Shown here: positions 19,403-30,239 of the stretch, piece by piece
How positions within the stretch are numbered: the first letter of the stretch is position 1
Layout of the letters: the number at the start of each line of letters is the position of its first letter
NCBI GenBank assembly: GCA_964461525.1
Contig: CAYWUX010000004.1
Location: 42,488-106,487 of the forward strand
Direction of reading: 5' to 3'
Origin: an uncultured Hyphomicrobiaceae bacterium
GTDB lineage: Bacteria; Pseudomonadota; Alphaproteobacteria; Rhizobiales; CAYWUX01
Length of the DNA stretch: 64,000 bases
Notes under the pieces: generated by a model
Database searches by the model: none
Told to the model about the DNA's origin: nothing
Seen by the model: the letters and a program-made list of their open reading frames with translations, nothing else
Position numbers and translations under genes: made by a program

Positions 19403-20596
19403 CTATTTCTTTAAACCCGCGTACCAGTTTGCGAGTAGCTGGCGCTCCTCCTGCTCCATCTCTGTGATATTGCCCGGCGGCATCGCCCTCGTCCAGACCG
19501 CCTGCATGGCAACGTTGCGAGCATTCTTTCTGATATGTTCGACGTCCTCCAAAATTACGCCTTTCGGAGGCACAATTATTCCCTCCCATAGCGGTTCCCG
19601 GGCATGACACATGCTGCATCGCCCGATAATCACCTCTTCAACGTCACCCATGGCAACTTCCGCTGACGGCTCAGCTTGAACCCGTGCTCCATTGGCCGGC
19701 CCCAGTTGACTAAGCCAAACTATTGCAACCATACAGATAGCTGCGACAGCCCAGGTCCACCAGGGTGATGCCTCCCCTTTATGCCGCGTGTTATAAAAAT
19801 GCCGAATTACGACACCGATTAACAATGTCAGAGAAACAATGACCCAGTTCCATCTGGTTGCAAATGCCAATGGATAATGGTTTGAGACCATTATAAAAAT
19901 TACGGGAAGCGTAAGATAGTTATTGTGCACTGATCTTTGCTTGCCACGTATCCCATGAATTGCTTCTGGCTTCTCCCCTTTGATCAGGGCAGCAACAACT
20001 TTTCTCTGTCCGGGAATGACAACCATCAGGACATTGGCTACCATAATTGTTCCAATCAAAGCTCCGATATGCACGAAAGCCCCACGACTGCTGAAAATCA
20101 GCGTAAACAGGTAAGAGGCAAGGGTAAGAAATACAAAACCCACGACTCCCAGCAGTAATTCGTTTTTACCAAGGGGTGAACGGCACAAAAGATCGTAAAT
20201 TATCCACCCCGCAATCAAACTTCCAATGCTGATGAGAATTGCCGCTGCTGCGGAGATGTCGAGTACTGAACGGTCAATTAGAAACAACTCTGCCTCTAGA
20301 TAAAAGACAATGACTAACAGTCCCATTCCGGTTATCCAGGTGGCATATGCTTCCCATTTAAACCAGGTCAGTTCAGACGGCATATGATCCGGCGCCACCA
20401 TGTACTTTACCATGTGATAAAATCCGCCGCCGTGAACCTGCCAGGCATCGCCGGATGCCTTTTCCGGAAGGTTTGAACCGGACTTCAGACTCAAATCAAG
20501 ATGCACGAAATAAAATGAACTACCGATCCAGCCGATCCCCGCAATAACATGGACCCACCTCACCAGCATTTCCGACCAACTAGTCAATACTTCCAT
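19403..20596 (-). CDS. puuD: Membrane urate hydroxylase PuuD (cytochrome c-containing)
   Basis: WVHVIAGIGWIGSSFYF.HLD at the N-terminus, multiple TM segments, and a C-terminal CSMCH heme-c motif. Embedded in a purine catabolism cluster. Confidence 0.8.
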   Translation of the reverse strand: MEVLTSWSEMLVRWVHVIAGIGWIGSSFYFVHLDLSLKSGSNLPEKASGDAWQVHGGGFYHMVKYMVAPDHMPSELTWFKWEAYATWITGMGLLVIVFYLEAELFLIDRSVLDISAAAAILISIGSLIAGWIIYDLLCRSPLGKNELLLGVVGFVFLTLASYLFTLIFSSRGAFVHIGALIGTIMVANVLMVVIPGQRKVVAALIKGEKPEAIHGIRGKQRSVHNNYLTLPVIFIMVSNHYPLAFATRWNWVIVSLTLLIGVVIRHFYNTRHKGEASPWWTWAVAAICMVAIVWLSQLGPANGARVQAEPSAEVAMGDVEEVIIGRCSMCHAREPLWEGIIVPPKGVILEDVEHIRKNARNVAMQAVWTRAMPPGNITEMEQEERQLLANWYAGLKK

Positions 20597-20670
20597 GTTA
20601 GTTGTCCTGCTCGATCCCTGAACCGTTTAAGCCCGGAAAAATTGTAACATAAACCTCCCGAATTGATGCG

Positions 20671-21996
20671 TCATGAATTTTGATCACGGTCATAGACTTT
20701 TTTCCCGCCAATGTATGTTGCACGGACGGCCCTGTCATCGGCCAGAATAATTTGTGCGAACAAAACGTCCGCCAAATCTTCCGCGAACTGCATTCTTTGT
20801 GCGATAACAGGTCGCGACTTCAGGTCGACGACAATTAGATCCGCTTCGTAGCCCGGTCTCAAGTTACCTATCTTGTCTCCCATTTGCATGACTTCAGCGC
20901 TTCCCACCGTCGCCAGATAAAAGGCTTTGACGGGATGAAGGCTGTATCCTCGAAGTTGACAGACCTCGTATGAGGACTTCATGGTCTGAAACATCGAAAA
21001 TGAGGACCCCCCGCCTATATCCGTGGCGATTCCAGTTTTTACAGGCAATTCACAATCCCTGAGTGCAGCCATATCGAACAGACCGGATCCGATAAACATA
21101 TTCGAAGTCGGACAATGGGAAATCCCCGCTCCAGACTGACGAAGCAATTCAATCTCTCTATCCTCCAAATGTATGGCGTGACCAAAATTTGCCCCTGGCC
21201 GGATAAATCCGTATCTTTCATAGATAGCGAGATAATCCTCGGTACCGGGATATAAACTCTTTGCCCTTTCAATCTCGTCGAGATTTTCAGATAGATGTGT
21301 CTGCAGCAATGCGTCAGGATAAGTCTGCCAAAGCTGGCCTGCAGCTTCAAGCTGTGCAGGAGATGATGTCAGTGCAAAGCGGGGTGAAATAACATAGACC
21401 AGCCGATCACGGCCATGCCATTTCTTTAAAAGAACCTCGGACTCATGGTATCCCTGTTCTGCAGTATCCAACAGATTGTCCGGCGCATTACAATCCATCA
21501 GGACCTTACCCGCGGCCATTCTCAAACCACGATTGGCAGCCTCATTAAAAAAGGCTTCGACACTTTCCGCGTGCACCGAACAGTAAACTGAAGCCGATGT
21601 GATCCCATTACGCAAATACTCATCTAGAAACAGCCTGGCAATCTTTTTTCCATGATTGGCATCACTAAATTTTGCTTCGGTGGGGAAAGTATATTTGTTG
21701 AGCCACTGCAGCAACTGCTCGCCATATGATCCTATGATCTCGATTTGAGGAAAATGGGTATGGCAATCGACAAAACCGGCCATGATGAGGTTATCGCCAT
21801 AATCTTCGATTCGTGCATCTGGATATTTGGCAACTATCTCGGAGGCCTGTCCGGCATCCAGAATTTTGCCGTCACCGAGCACAACTGCTCCACCACTGTT
21901 GAATGCGACAGCTTGCTCAACTCCGACTTTAAATGGATCATCAATGAAAGACAGTGTTTGGCCACGAACGACCAGAGTTTCATTTTCTTTCATCAT
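20671..21996 (-). CDS. guaD: Guanine deaminase
   Basis: GFVDCHTHFPQ.E.IGSYGEQLLQWLNKYTFP...RNG.T...MDCNAP..L.DTAE...HLSEN..E...CPTSN...GSG...TDIGGG is collinear with E. coli GuaD as remembered. Confidence 0.9.
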   Translation of the reverse strand: MMKENETLVVRGQTLSFIDDPFKVGVEQAVAFNSGGAVVLGDGKILDAGQASEIVAKYPDARIEDYGDNLIMAGFVDCHTHFPQIEIIGSYGEQLLQWLNKYTFPTEAKFSDANHGKKIARLFLDEYLRNGITSASVYCSVHAESVEAFFNEAANRGLRMAAGKVLMDCNAPDNLLDTAEQGYHESEVLLKKWHGRDRLVYVISPRFALTSSPAQLEAAGQLWQTYPDALLQTHLSENLDEIERAKSLYPGTEDYLAIYERYGFIRPGANFGHAIHLEDREIELLRQSGAGISHCPTSNMFIGSGLFDMAALRDCELPVKTGIATDIGGGSSFSMFQTMKSSYEVCQLRGYSLHPVKAFYLATVGSAEVMQMGDKIGNLRPGYEADLIVVDLKSRPVIAQRMQFAEDLADVLFAQIILADDRAVRATYIGGKKVYDRDQNS

Positions 21997-22081
21997 TCAG
22001 AGACCTGTTTGTCTCGGGCACAAATACGGTGCCCATATTCCAAAAACTAATTTGGGCACCATAAGGAATTATCCCGGTCGC

Positions 22082-23167
22082 TTATTTTGGCAGACTACCT
22101 TCGATCCCCTCAACGTAGAAATTCATTCCCGAAAGGTCGCGATCCGAGATAACTTCACCCTCTTTTAGAAATTGAGTTCCATCCTGCTTGTTAAGCGGAC
22201 CCGTAAACGGATGAAATTTTCCGCTGGCGATATCGTCGCGTGCTTTTTCAGCGATTTTGGCGACTTCGGGTGGTACGTTCTCGCCCCAGGGTGCGACAGT
22301 AAGCATATTTGCGCCAATGCCGCCCCACGTATCCGTGGATTTCCAGGTTCCATCCATTACAGATTTAACCCGCGAGACATAGTAGGGAGCCCAGTTGTTG
22401 ACGAGAGCCGTTAACTGTGCATTGGGACCAAAGGCCTTCATATCTGAGGCCTGACCTATCGCTCTAATCCCCTTCTGTTCTGCAAGTTTCATCGCTGCAG
22501 GAGAATCGGTGTGCTGGAAGAGAACATCAGCACCCTGATCGTACAGGGCCTTGGAGGCATCCGCTTCCTTACCCGGATCAAACCAGGTGCTGACCCAGAT
22601 AATCTTGAACTTTATATTCGGATTAACCGATTTTGCCCCGAGATATGCGGCATTGATTCCCATAACAACCTCAGGTATGGGAAATGAAGCGATATAACCG
22701 ATAGTATTAGTTTTGGTCATTTTGCCCGCAATGACGCCGGCTACATATCGTCCTTCATAATATCTTATATTGTAAGTTGCTAAATTCTTCGTACGCTTAA
22801 ATCCAGTGGCATGCTCAAACTTGATATTCGGGAATCGTCTGGCAACTTTCAAAGTCGGATTCATAAATCCGAACGACGTTGTAAAAATTATGTCATGACC
22901 ACTTTGGGCCAGTTGTTGGATTACGCGCTCGGCATCCGGGCCCTCGGAAATATTCTCAACATGAGTTGTCTCTACCTTGTCACCAAATTCTTTTTTGACT
23001 GCCAGAAGTCCCTGGTGATGCTGATAAGACCAGCCATGATCTCCGACAGGTCCGACATAGACAAACCCGACCTTGGTTTTCTGAGCCTGAGCACCAGCTG
23101 CACCGAATATGATTGCAAGCACGGCGACTGTCCGCATAAACCAACTAACGAATGAATATCGTGTCAT
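22082..23167 (-). CDS. BMP-family ABC transporter substrate-binding protein (purine/nucleoside type)
   Basis: Signal peptide, then KVGFVYVGPVGDHGWSYQH..G, typical of basic membrane protein / PnrA-like SBPs. Confidence 0.8.
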   Translation of the reverse strand: MTRYSFVSWFMRTVAVLAIIFGAAGAQAQKTKVGFVYVGPVGDHGWSYQHHQGLLAVKKEFGDKVETTHVENISEGPDAERVIQQLAQSGHDIIFTTSFGFMNPTLKVARRFPNIKFEHATGFKRTKNLATYNIRYYEGRYVAGVIAGKMTKTNTIGYIASFPIPEVVMGINAAYLGAKSVNPNIKFKIIWVSTWFDPGKEADASKALYDQGADVLFQHTDSPAAMKLAEQKGIRAIGQASDMKAFGPNAQLTALVNNWAPYYVSRVKSVMDGTWKSTDTWGGIGANMLTVAPWGENVPPEVAKIAEKARDDIASGKFHPFTGPLNKQDGTQFLKEGEVISDRDLSGMNFYVEGIEGSLPK

Positions 23168-23215
23168 ATTTTTTCTCCTTGTTTTCTGTTGGAGGGAGTT
23201 TCCCCACCTTGTTTT

Positions 23216-24136
23216 TTATGTTGTTGCGTAAAATGGCCTTGCCAGACTTGCCGGCGCATTGAGCCTGACCTTCAATTTGTCCCGGGATATCAGAACCAGC
23301 ACTAGTATCGTTGCCAGATAGGGCAACATTGCCAGCAATTGTGGTTCGATATTGATTCCGAAACCCTGACTGTGAAATTGCAAAATTGTTATGCCGCCAA
23401 AGAGATAAGCGCCGAGCAGGGCCCGCCCGGGCCGCCAGGCAGCAAACACCACCAGCGCCAGGGCGATCCACCCCCGGCCGGCTGTCATGTTTTCAACCCA
23501 AATTGGCGTTTGAACAAGCGACAGATAGGCGCCACCCAATCCGGCACAGGCGCCACCAAATAGCAGAGTATAAAATCGATAACGCACAACCGGATAACCG
23601 ATTGTGTGCGCTGCATCATGATTTTCACCGATAGCGCGGATGATTAGTCCACCGCGCGTTTTTTTCAAAAACCAGGCGACAGCGATAACAAGCCCGATCG
23701 AAACATAAACGAGAAAATCCTGGGAAAAAAGAAGTGGCCCGATCACCGGAAGATCGCTTAGCACTGGAATATACAGACGCGGAAAATCGGCAACCGATTT
23801 ACCTGAATAACCCTGCCCCCATAGGGCGGCTAACCCTAATCCGAACATTGTAAGGGCTAACCCGGTGGCAACCTGGTTGGAAAGCAGGGTTTGAGTCAGT
23901 ATCCCGAACAGAAATGCCAAAATGGCTCCGGCTGCTATGGCGGCAAGAATACCCAGAATGAAACTCCCGGTCTCTACGGTCGCGGAAAATCCGGCTACGG
24001 CACCAATAATCATCAATCCTTCAACACCGAGATTTAACACTCCTGATTTCTCTACGACAAGTTCGCCGATTGCAGCAAAAACAAGAGGTGTCGCAGCAAT
24101 AATAATCCCGAGCATAATATTTACGAAAAGATCCAT
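23216..24136 (-). CDS. ABC transporter permease (BMP/nucleoside system)
   Basis: 306-aa polytopic protein. Motif GELVVEKSGVLNLGVEGLM is typical of the branched permease family used by BMP systems. Confidence 0.8.
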   Translation of the reverse strand: MDLFVNIMLGIIIAATPLVFAAIGELVVEKSGVLNLGVEGLMIIGAVAGFSATVETGSFILGILAAIAAGAILAFLFGILTQTLLSNQVATGLALTMFGLGLAALWGQGYSGKSVADFPRLYIPVLSDLPVIGPLLFSQDFLVYVSIGLVIAVAWFLKKTRGGLIIRAIGENHDAAHTIGYPVVRYRFYTLLFGGACAGLGGAYLSLVQTPIWVENMTAGRGWIALALVVFAAWRPGRALLGAYLFGGITILQFHSQGFGINIEPQLLAMLPYLATILVLVLISRDKLKVRLNAPASLARPFYATT

Positions 24137-24144
24137 ATTTTTCT

Positions 24145-25251
24145 CTATTCTGCTTGCTGAAACTTCACCGCGGAAGTGCCCGATTCAGCGGACAGTTTTG
24201 AAATCGGGCGCAAACGATAGTTAACTAAAATATCCGTTGCCAACAGGAAGAACAAAAGCATTCCCTGGAACACGCTGGTCGTGGCGCTTGGCAGGCTCAT
24301 GGCGACCTGGGCTCCTTCTCCACCAATATATGTCAGTGCCATTAACAGTCCGCCGAGCAGGATACCGATCGGATTGAGCCGTCCAAGAAAGGCGACAATA
24401 ATCGCGGTAAAACCATAACCTACGGGAAGGGCAGGGACCAACTGACCGACCGGTCCCGCTGCTTCGAATATTCCGGCAAGCCCGGCCAGCGCTCCGGAGC
24501 TTAAAAAGCAAATCCAAATTATATTGCGCTCAGAGAATCCGGCAAATTTGGCGGCACGTGGCGCATCGCCGAGTACTTTGATCTGGAAACCAATGATATG
24601 ACGCTGCATGCAAAACCAGGCCACGGCGACAGCCAGCAGGGCAACGACAAATCCGATATGTGCCCGCGTATTTTCTATAAAGATCGGTAGTATCGCGGAG
24701 TCATGAAACAAACGGCTTTCGGGAAAATTGTGTCCTTCGGGATCTCTCAACGCACCATGTACCAGAACACTCAAAATCAGCGTTGCCACGTAGACCAGCA
24801 TCAAACTGACTAGAATTTCATTGGCGTTGAATCTGATTTTCAGAATTGCCGGTATGGCGGCCCATATCATACCTCCAAGCGCGCCCGCCAAGCACATCAC
24901 CGGCAAAACCCAGATCCCCTCGACTTCGTACAGAGCAAGCGCCACAGAACCACCTGCCAGCGCCCCCATAATAAACTGACCTTCGGCTCCGATATTCCAT
25001 ATACCGGCTCGAAAACCGAAAGACAAACCAATGGCGATCAGGATCAAAGGTGTCGCTTTGACAGTCAGTTCCGACAAGCTGAAAAGAGTGGTCAATGGTG
25101 TAAAGAATATCAGGGTAATAGCCCGTATCGGATCTTTACCCAAAATATAGAATAACAGGAGTCCGGCCAACATTGTCATGACCACGGCGAAAAACGGCGT
25201 TAAATAAAGCATCAGGCGGGAAGGTTCTTTACGCGGCTCTAGTCTAAACAT
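24145..25251 (-). CDS. ABC transporter permease (BMP/nucleoside system)
   Basis: Polytopic, with FRAGIWNIGAEGQF. The internal ATG (MFRLEP...) was chosen and overlaps the ATPase stop by 8 nt. The ORF track extends to 25302. Confidence 0.78.
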   Translation of the reverse strand: MFRLEPRKEPSRLMLYLTPFFAVVMTMLAGLLLFYILGKDPIRAITLIFFTPLTTLFSLSELTVKATPLILIAIGLSFGFRAGIWNIGAEGQFIMGALAGGSVALALYEVEGIWVLPVMCLAGALGGMIWAAIPAILKIRFNANEILVSLMLVYVATLILSVLVHGALRDPEGHNFPESRLFHDSAILPIFIENTRAHIGFVVALLAVAVAWFCMQRHIIGFQIKVLGDAPRAAKFAGFSERNIIWICFLSSGALAGLAGIFEAAGPVGQLVPALPVGYGFTAIIVAFLGRLNPIGILLGGLLMALTYIGGEGAQVAMSLPSATTSVFQGMLLFFLLATDILVNYRLRPISKLSAESGTSAVKFQQAE

Positions 25252-26767
25252 CGGCCGCGTCCTCCGCACTTTTTCCACCCATCTCCAGGCCGATTGTTTC
25301 AATCGTCAGGTTACCCACCAGTTCTGGTCTTGAAACACGACCATTGGCAATGACCGAAATCCTGTCCGAGATCGCAAACAGCTCATCCAAGTCCTGAGAA
25401 ATAAGCAATATTGCCGTGCCGCTGGCGGCAATCTTCAAGAACATGTCATGAATTGAGGCAGCGGCCCCCGCGTCAACACCCCATGTCGGCTGTGAAGCGA
25501 TCAGCACAGACGGTACCTGCAATACTTCCCGGCCCACGATGAATTTCTGCAGATTGCCGCCAGAAAGGCTGCGGGCAGCATGTTCGACACCTGCGGTTCT
25601 GACATCAAAATCTTGGACAACCTCTTCGGCAAAGATGTTTGCAGCTCTAATATCCAAAAACCCACTTCTGGCTAATTTTTTGCGCTCCCTCGCGGATATC
25701 AGCGTATTCTCCCAAAGGGACATATCGGGTACTGCCCCGTGGCCCAGACGCTCTTCCGGAATAAAGCAGACGCCAAGACTCCGACGCTCAGCCGGTCCTT
25801 TGTCTCCCACTTCATTTCCGCCTATGGAGATGCTGGACCCGTTTTGACAAAGCCGTTCTCCAATCAGGCTTTCCATAAGCTTGTTCTGACCATTGCCCGC
25901 GACACCGCCTATTCCCAAAATCTCCCCAGAACGTATATCAAAGGAAATATCCTCAAGATCAACACCGAACTGGTCCTCGCTTTTCATTGAAAGATTTCTA
26001 ACCGAAAATCGAATTTCGCCAATTATGCCCTCGCTCCGCCTGGGTTCGGTCAGAGTCGTCCCGATCATCATTTCCGCCAGACTCTTTGCAGTTTCATCGG
26101 CCGGATTACAGGTCGCGACAACTCTGCCGCCACGTAAAATCGTTGCGTGTTCACACAATGCCCGTATTTCTTCAAGTTTATGAGAAATGTAAAGTATTGA
26201 ACGACCCTCGTTGCGTAACCTCCTCAGTGTCTCGAACAGAACATCAACTTCCTGGGGTGTCAGTACGGACGTAGGTTCGTCCATAATAATGAGATGCGGA
26301 TCTTGTAAAAGGCACCTAACTATTTCCACACGCTGGCGGACACCGACGGATAAAGACCCCACCAGCCGGTCGGGATCAAGTTCAAGGCCATACTGTCTGG
26401 ATACGTCGACAATGCGCTCCCTGAGGCCATTGGCGGCCAGTTCCCGACTTATTCCCAATGCGATGTTTTCGGCTACCGTCAATGCTTCAAACAATGAAAA
26501 ATGCTGAAATACCATGCCGATACCCCGGGCTCGCGCCTCGGAGGGCCTGCCGGGTGCATAGGGTTCACCATCAAAAAACATGGCGCCTGAATCCGGATGC
26601 ATCACACCATAGATCATTTTGACCAGTGTTGATTTGCCTGCCCCGTTCTCGCCCAGAAGGGCGTGAATTTCTCCTCTTCCAATGGAAAATGAGACATGAT
26701 CATTGGCCAGTACTCCAGGAAATCTTTTTGTTAATCCCTGAATATCCAGTAATGCAGTTTCAGTCAT
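25244..26767 (-). CDS. ABC transporter ATP-binding protein with duplicated ATPase domains
   Basis: Walker A GENGAGKST, signature LSVGVRQR / LSGGNLQK, Walker B IIMDEPT. A 507-aa double-cassette layout. Confidence 0.9.
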   Translation of the reverse strand: MTETALLDIQGLTKRFPGVLANDHVSFSIGRGEIHALLGENGAGKSTLVKMIYGVMHPDSGAMFFDGEPYAPGRPSEARARGIGMVFQHFSLFEALTVAENIALGISRELAANGLRERIVDVSRQYGLELDPDRLVGSLSVGVRQRVEIVRCLLQDPHLIIMDEPTSVLTPQEVDVLFETLRRLRNEGRSILYISHKLEEIRALCEHATILRGGRVVATCNPADETAKSLAEMMIGTTLTEPRRSEGIIGEIRFSVRNLSMKSEDQFGVDLEDISFDIRSGEILGIGGVAGNGQNKLMESLIGERLCQNGSSISIGGNEVGDKGPAERRSLGVCFIPEERLGHGAVPDMSLWENTLISARERKKLARSGFLDIRAANIFAEEVVQDFDVRTAGVEHAARSLSGGNLQKFIVGREVLQVPSVLIASQPTWGVDAGAAASIHDMFLKIAASGTAILLISQDLDELFAISDRISVIANGRVSRPELVGNLTIETIGLEMGGKSAEDAADV

Positions 26768-27839
26768 GGGGCGCCGTTTCCACCAGCTGTCCTGGCGTTT
26801 TGTTATTTTTCAAACTTTGTTCTAGCTCTTTTATGATTTGGGCCGCAACTGAAACCGCGATTATCGCCGGATTCCTTCCACCACCTATGTCAATGCCAAT
26901 TGGACAAATCATTCGTTCGATGACTTCTTCGGAAATTCCACTTTCCCTGAATCTTTTGATAAATCGGGCCCGCTTTGTTTCGGAACCAATCAGGCCAAGA
27001 AAACCAAATTTATTTTCTTTCAGTACGGAATGGCAAATCGCCAAATCAACTGGATGCGAGTGGGTCATAACCAGATGAAAAGCGCCATCTTTCGAGTCTG
27101 CAGCTAGCTTTTGAGGTTCGCTGGTAACTATGATCTTTGCAAATTCGGTAGTGGTCTCCGGAAAACGCTCCTTGGCGAAATCAACCCAGTGAAGATCAAA
27201 TGGCAACCCTTCAACGACTCGTGCAATTTCTCGACCGACATGCCCGCCACCATAGAGGTACAAGGGGACCGTTGAGGGCCTCTGCGGCTCGATAAACCAG
27301 CCGGAAGCCGATTTAGGCTCCGCAACGAAGCAAGGTTTGTTCGGACGGATGCCCCCAATAATCTCTCCTATAACCCGATTTAAGGTCAATGACCCGCTCT
27401 CGACATCCCTGAGATGATTCACAAAGTATAAAGGTGTGCCACTCATCATTGACCGGAAAAACAAGCTTGGAGATTCATCCACGGTTTCAAGAATTGGATT
27501 TAGCTGCTTAAATTCCAGCTTTGTAAAAACTTCTAGCAATAACTTGACCGAACCGCCACAGCATTGTCCAAGTGCCGGACCTAACGGATACTCCTTTAAC
27601 TCACGACTCCACAATTGTCCGGATCTGATGGTCTCAGCCAATAATTTCCGTGCCTGTAAAATTGCTTCATATTCCAGTGACCCTCCGCCGACAGTACCTG
27701 AAATGTGATTTATAACCACAAACATTGATGCGCCCACTTCTCGCGGTGCTGATCCTCTTTTGTCAACGATCGTAACGCGCACCAGCGCTCCGTGTTTTTT
27801 TAGTTCATCTGATAATTTATCAATAAAACCCAGAGCCAT
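26760..27839 (-). CDS. xdhC: Xanthine dehydrogenase accessory protein XdhC
   Basis: SAPREVGA.M.V......G.VGGG.LE and YGGGHVGR motifs. Immediately downstream of xdhB. Confidence 0.8.
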   Translation of the reverse strand: MALGFIDKLSDELKKHGALVRVTIVDKRGSAPREVGASMFVVINHISGTVGGGSLEYEAILQARKLLAETIRSGQLWSRELKEYPLGPALGQCCGGSVKLLLEVFTKLEFKQLNPILETVDESPSLFFRSMMSGTPLYFVNHLRDVESGSLTLNRVIGEIIGGIRPNKPCFVAEPKSASGWFIEPQRPSTVPLYLYGGGHVGREIARVVEGLPFDLHWVDFAKERFPETTTEFAKIIVTSEPQKLAADSKDGAFHLVMTHSHPVDLAICHSVLKENKFGFLGLIGSETKRARFIKRFRESGISEEVIERMICPIGIDIGGGRNPAIIAVSVAAQIIKELEQSLKNNKTPGQLVETAPHD

Positions 27840-27842
27840 CGC

Positions 27843-30239
27843 TTAAACGCTTTTACTACTTTCTGCTTGAACGCGCCGGACCGCCATCAATATTTTTTCA
27901 GGTGTTGCCGGAGCATCCAGTCCCGGATAAACATTATATCCCCCTATACTGGCAATCGCATCCGATAATGCCATAAATACTGAAATACCTAACATCAGAG
28001 GAGGCTCCCCAACGGCCTTTGAACGGTAAATGGTATCCTCGGTATTCTCACCTGGCGTCCATATGTTCAAACGCATATCCAGTGGCCGGTCCGAGCACGC
28101 CGGGATTTTGTATGTGGAAGGAGAATGGGTCAACAATCGGCCTGCATTATCCCAGACTAGCTCCTCGGTCGTCAGCCAGCCGACACCTTGCACAAATCCA
28201 CCTTCGATCTGTCCGAGGTCGATAGCAGGATTTAAAGACTTGCCGACATCGTGCAGAATATCCACCCTAAGCACCCTATTTTCCCCTGTCAGCGTATCGA
28301 TAACGACTTCCGAAGCCGCAGCGCCATAGGCAAAATAGAAAAATGGCCGCCCTTTGGCTTCCTTCCTGTCCCAATCGATTTTCGGCGTAGCATAAAAACC
28401 TGTCGCCGATAGTTGAATGCGGTTGAAATACGCTTCCTGAATAACCGTGTCAAAAGACATTTCGTTATCCCCGACGCGTATTCTGCCCGGTAAAAATTTG
28501 ACATTGTCGCCCGAGGTCTGATGACGTTCGGCCAAAAAGTCTATAAGTCGGCTTTTTATTTTTCGTGCGGCATTTTGTGCGGCCATGCCATTTATATCAG
28601 AACCGGAAGAAGCGGCCGTTGCAGAAGTGTTGGGAACTTTTGCCGTTGTGGTCGGCGTGATCTTCACCCTGTCAATATCGACCTGAAATTCCTCCGCGAC
28701 AACCTGGGCGACCTTCGTGAATAGCCCCTGCCCCATTTCCGTTCCGCCATGATTAAGGTGAATAGATCCATCATTGTAAACGTGAACAAGCGCACCTGCC
28801 TGATTTAGAAATGTCTTTGTAAAAGAAATGCCAAACTTTACCGGAGTGAGTGCAATTCCCCGTTTCAAAATCTTCTGATGCAGGTTCCAGTTTCTTATTT
28901 CCTGTCGTCGTGCCAAATAGTCCGATGTAACGACGAGCTCGTCAACAATATCCTGTATCACACAATCCTCGACAACCATGTAGTAAGGCGAAATGCTTTT
29001 TGTTGACGAACCCCGCTTTTTCTCTTCCGCGGAGACGACATTCTTATGGGCATAAAAATTGATGCGACGGACATCCAGAGGATCTTTTCCAAGATCGCTG
29101 GCAATGACATCCATGACCCGCTCCATGCCTATCATACCCTGGGGACCGCCAAAACCACGGAATGCTGTATTCGACTGGCTATGGGTTTTGCAGCGATAAG
29201 ACGTGATCCGGACATTGTCGAGATAATAACAGTTGTCGGCATGGAACATGGCTCTGTCAGATATCGGTTCCGAAAGATCCCACGACATACCGCAGCGAAC
29301 AGCCTGATCGAACTCTATCCCCCGAATACGGCCATCCCAGTCATATCCCACACGATAATCAATCCTGAAGTCATGCCTCTTCCCGGTAATCATCATGTCG
29401 TCATCCCTGTCATAGATGACTTTTGCCGGTCGCTTTGTTTTCCTGGCAACCAGTGCAGCTGTTGCGGCCAGTAAATTGCCCTGGCTTTCCTTGCCGCCAA
29501 ACGCTCCGCCCATACGCCTCACTTCGACGGTTACAGAATGGCTCGGCACGCCCAGAACATTGGCGACCTTATGCTGAATTTCGCTTGGGTGTTGCGTAGA
29601 ACAGTAGACAGTTACATCTTCATCTTCGCCTGGAAGAGCGAGCGCCGCCTGCCCTTCCAGATAAAAATGTTCCTGACCACCGATATAAATCCGTCCTTTT
29701 TTTTGCAAAGGAGCCTTGTCAATTGCTGAAGCGGCGTTTCCTCTTTTCATCGTATAAGGCTCTTCCAGATAATGCTTCTGATCCATGGCCTGATCAAGAG
29801 TCACGATCGCAGGGAGCTCTTCATATTCGATGCTGCCAAATTTCGCAGCTGCTCTCGCCTGTTCAATAGAATCGGCAGCAACGGCAAACAGAGACTGCCC
29901 ATAATATTGAACCAATCCATCTGCGAACACAGGATCATCGCCCGCAATCGGACTGACATCGTTTACGCCCGGGATATCCTCAGCCGTCAGAACACAAGCA
30001 ACTCCGGGCTGTTTGTGGACATCGGTAACATTGAGTTCAGTGATTGTCGCATGAGCCCTAGTGCTCATGGCTATATAAACGTCCAGTACATTTTCCGGAG
30101 TTGGGATGTCATCTGTATAGATAGCCTGCCCGGTTACGTGTTTTCGGCCACTATCATGTTCCAGGCTGGAGTGTACGCCGCCTGCGATATGAAGCCTCTG
30201 GTCTCGCATGTTACCTCTGTCCTGCATACCGACCCTCAA
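27843..30239 (-). CDS. xdhB: Xanthine dehydrogenase molybdopterin-binding subunit
   Basis: HDSGRKHVTGQAIYTDD, MGGAFGGKE, GGTEMGQG, and the SKAVGEPP region, all typical of XdhB. Start overlaps the xdhA stop (ATGA). Confidence 0.92.
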   Translation of the reverse strand: MRVGMQDRGNMRDQRLHIAGGVHSSLEHDSGRKHVTGQAIYTDDIPTPENVLDVYIAMSTRAHATITELNVTDVHKQPGVACVLTAEDIPGVNDVSPIAGDDPVFADGLVQYYGQSLFAVAADSIEQARAAAKFGSIEYEELPAIVTLDQAMDQKHYLEEPYTMKRGNAASAIDKAPLQKKGRIYIGGQEHFYLEGQAALALPGEDEDVTVYCSTQHPSEIQHKVANVLGVPSHSVTVEVRRMGGAFGGKESQGNLLAATAALVARKTKRPAKVIYDRDDDMMITGKRHDFRIDYRVGYDWDGRIRGIEFDQAVRCGMSWDLSEPISDRAMFHADNCYYLDNVRITSYRCKTHSQSNTAFRGFGGPQGMIGMERVMDVIASDLGKDPLDVRRINFYAHKNVVSAEEKKRGSSTKSISPYYMVVEDCVIQDIVDELVVTSDYLARRQEIRNWNLHQKILKRGIALTPVKFGISFTKTFLNQAGALVHVYNDGSIHLNHGGTEMGQGLFTKVAQVVAEEFQVDIDRVKITPTTTAKVPNTSATAASSGSDINGMAAQNAARKIKSRLIDFLAERHQTSGDNVKFLPGRIRVGDNEMSFDTVIQEAYFNRIQLSATGFYATPKIDWDRKEAKGRPFFYFAYGAAASEVVIDTLTGENRVLRVDILHDVGKSLNPAIDLGQIEGGFVQGVGWLTTEELVWDNAGRLLTHSPSTYKIPACSDRPLDMRLNIWTPGENTEDTIYRSKAVGEPPLMLGISVFMALSDAIASIGGYNVYPGLDAPATPEKILMAVRRVQAESSKSV

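Noticed and set aside
19254-19619. 121-aa ORF overlapping the 3' end of puuD.
   Set aside because: It is out of frame with the puuD cytochrome c domain (CSMCH motif) and has Gly/Arg-rich composition typical of a shadow frame.
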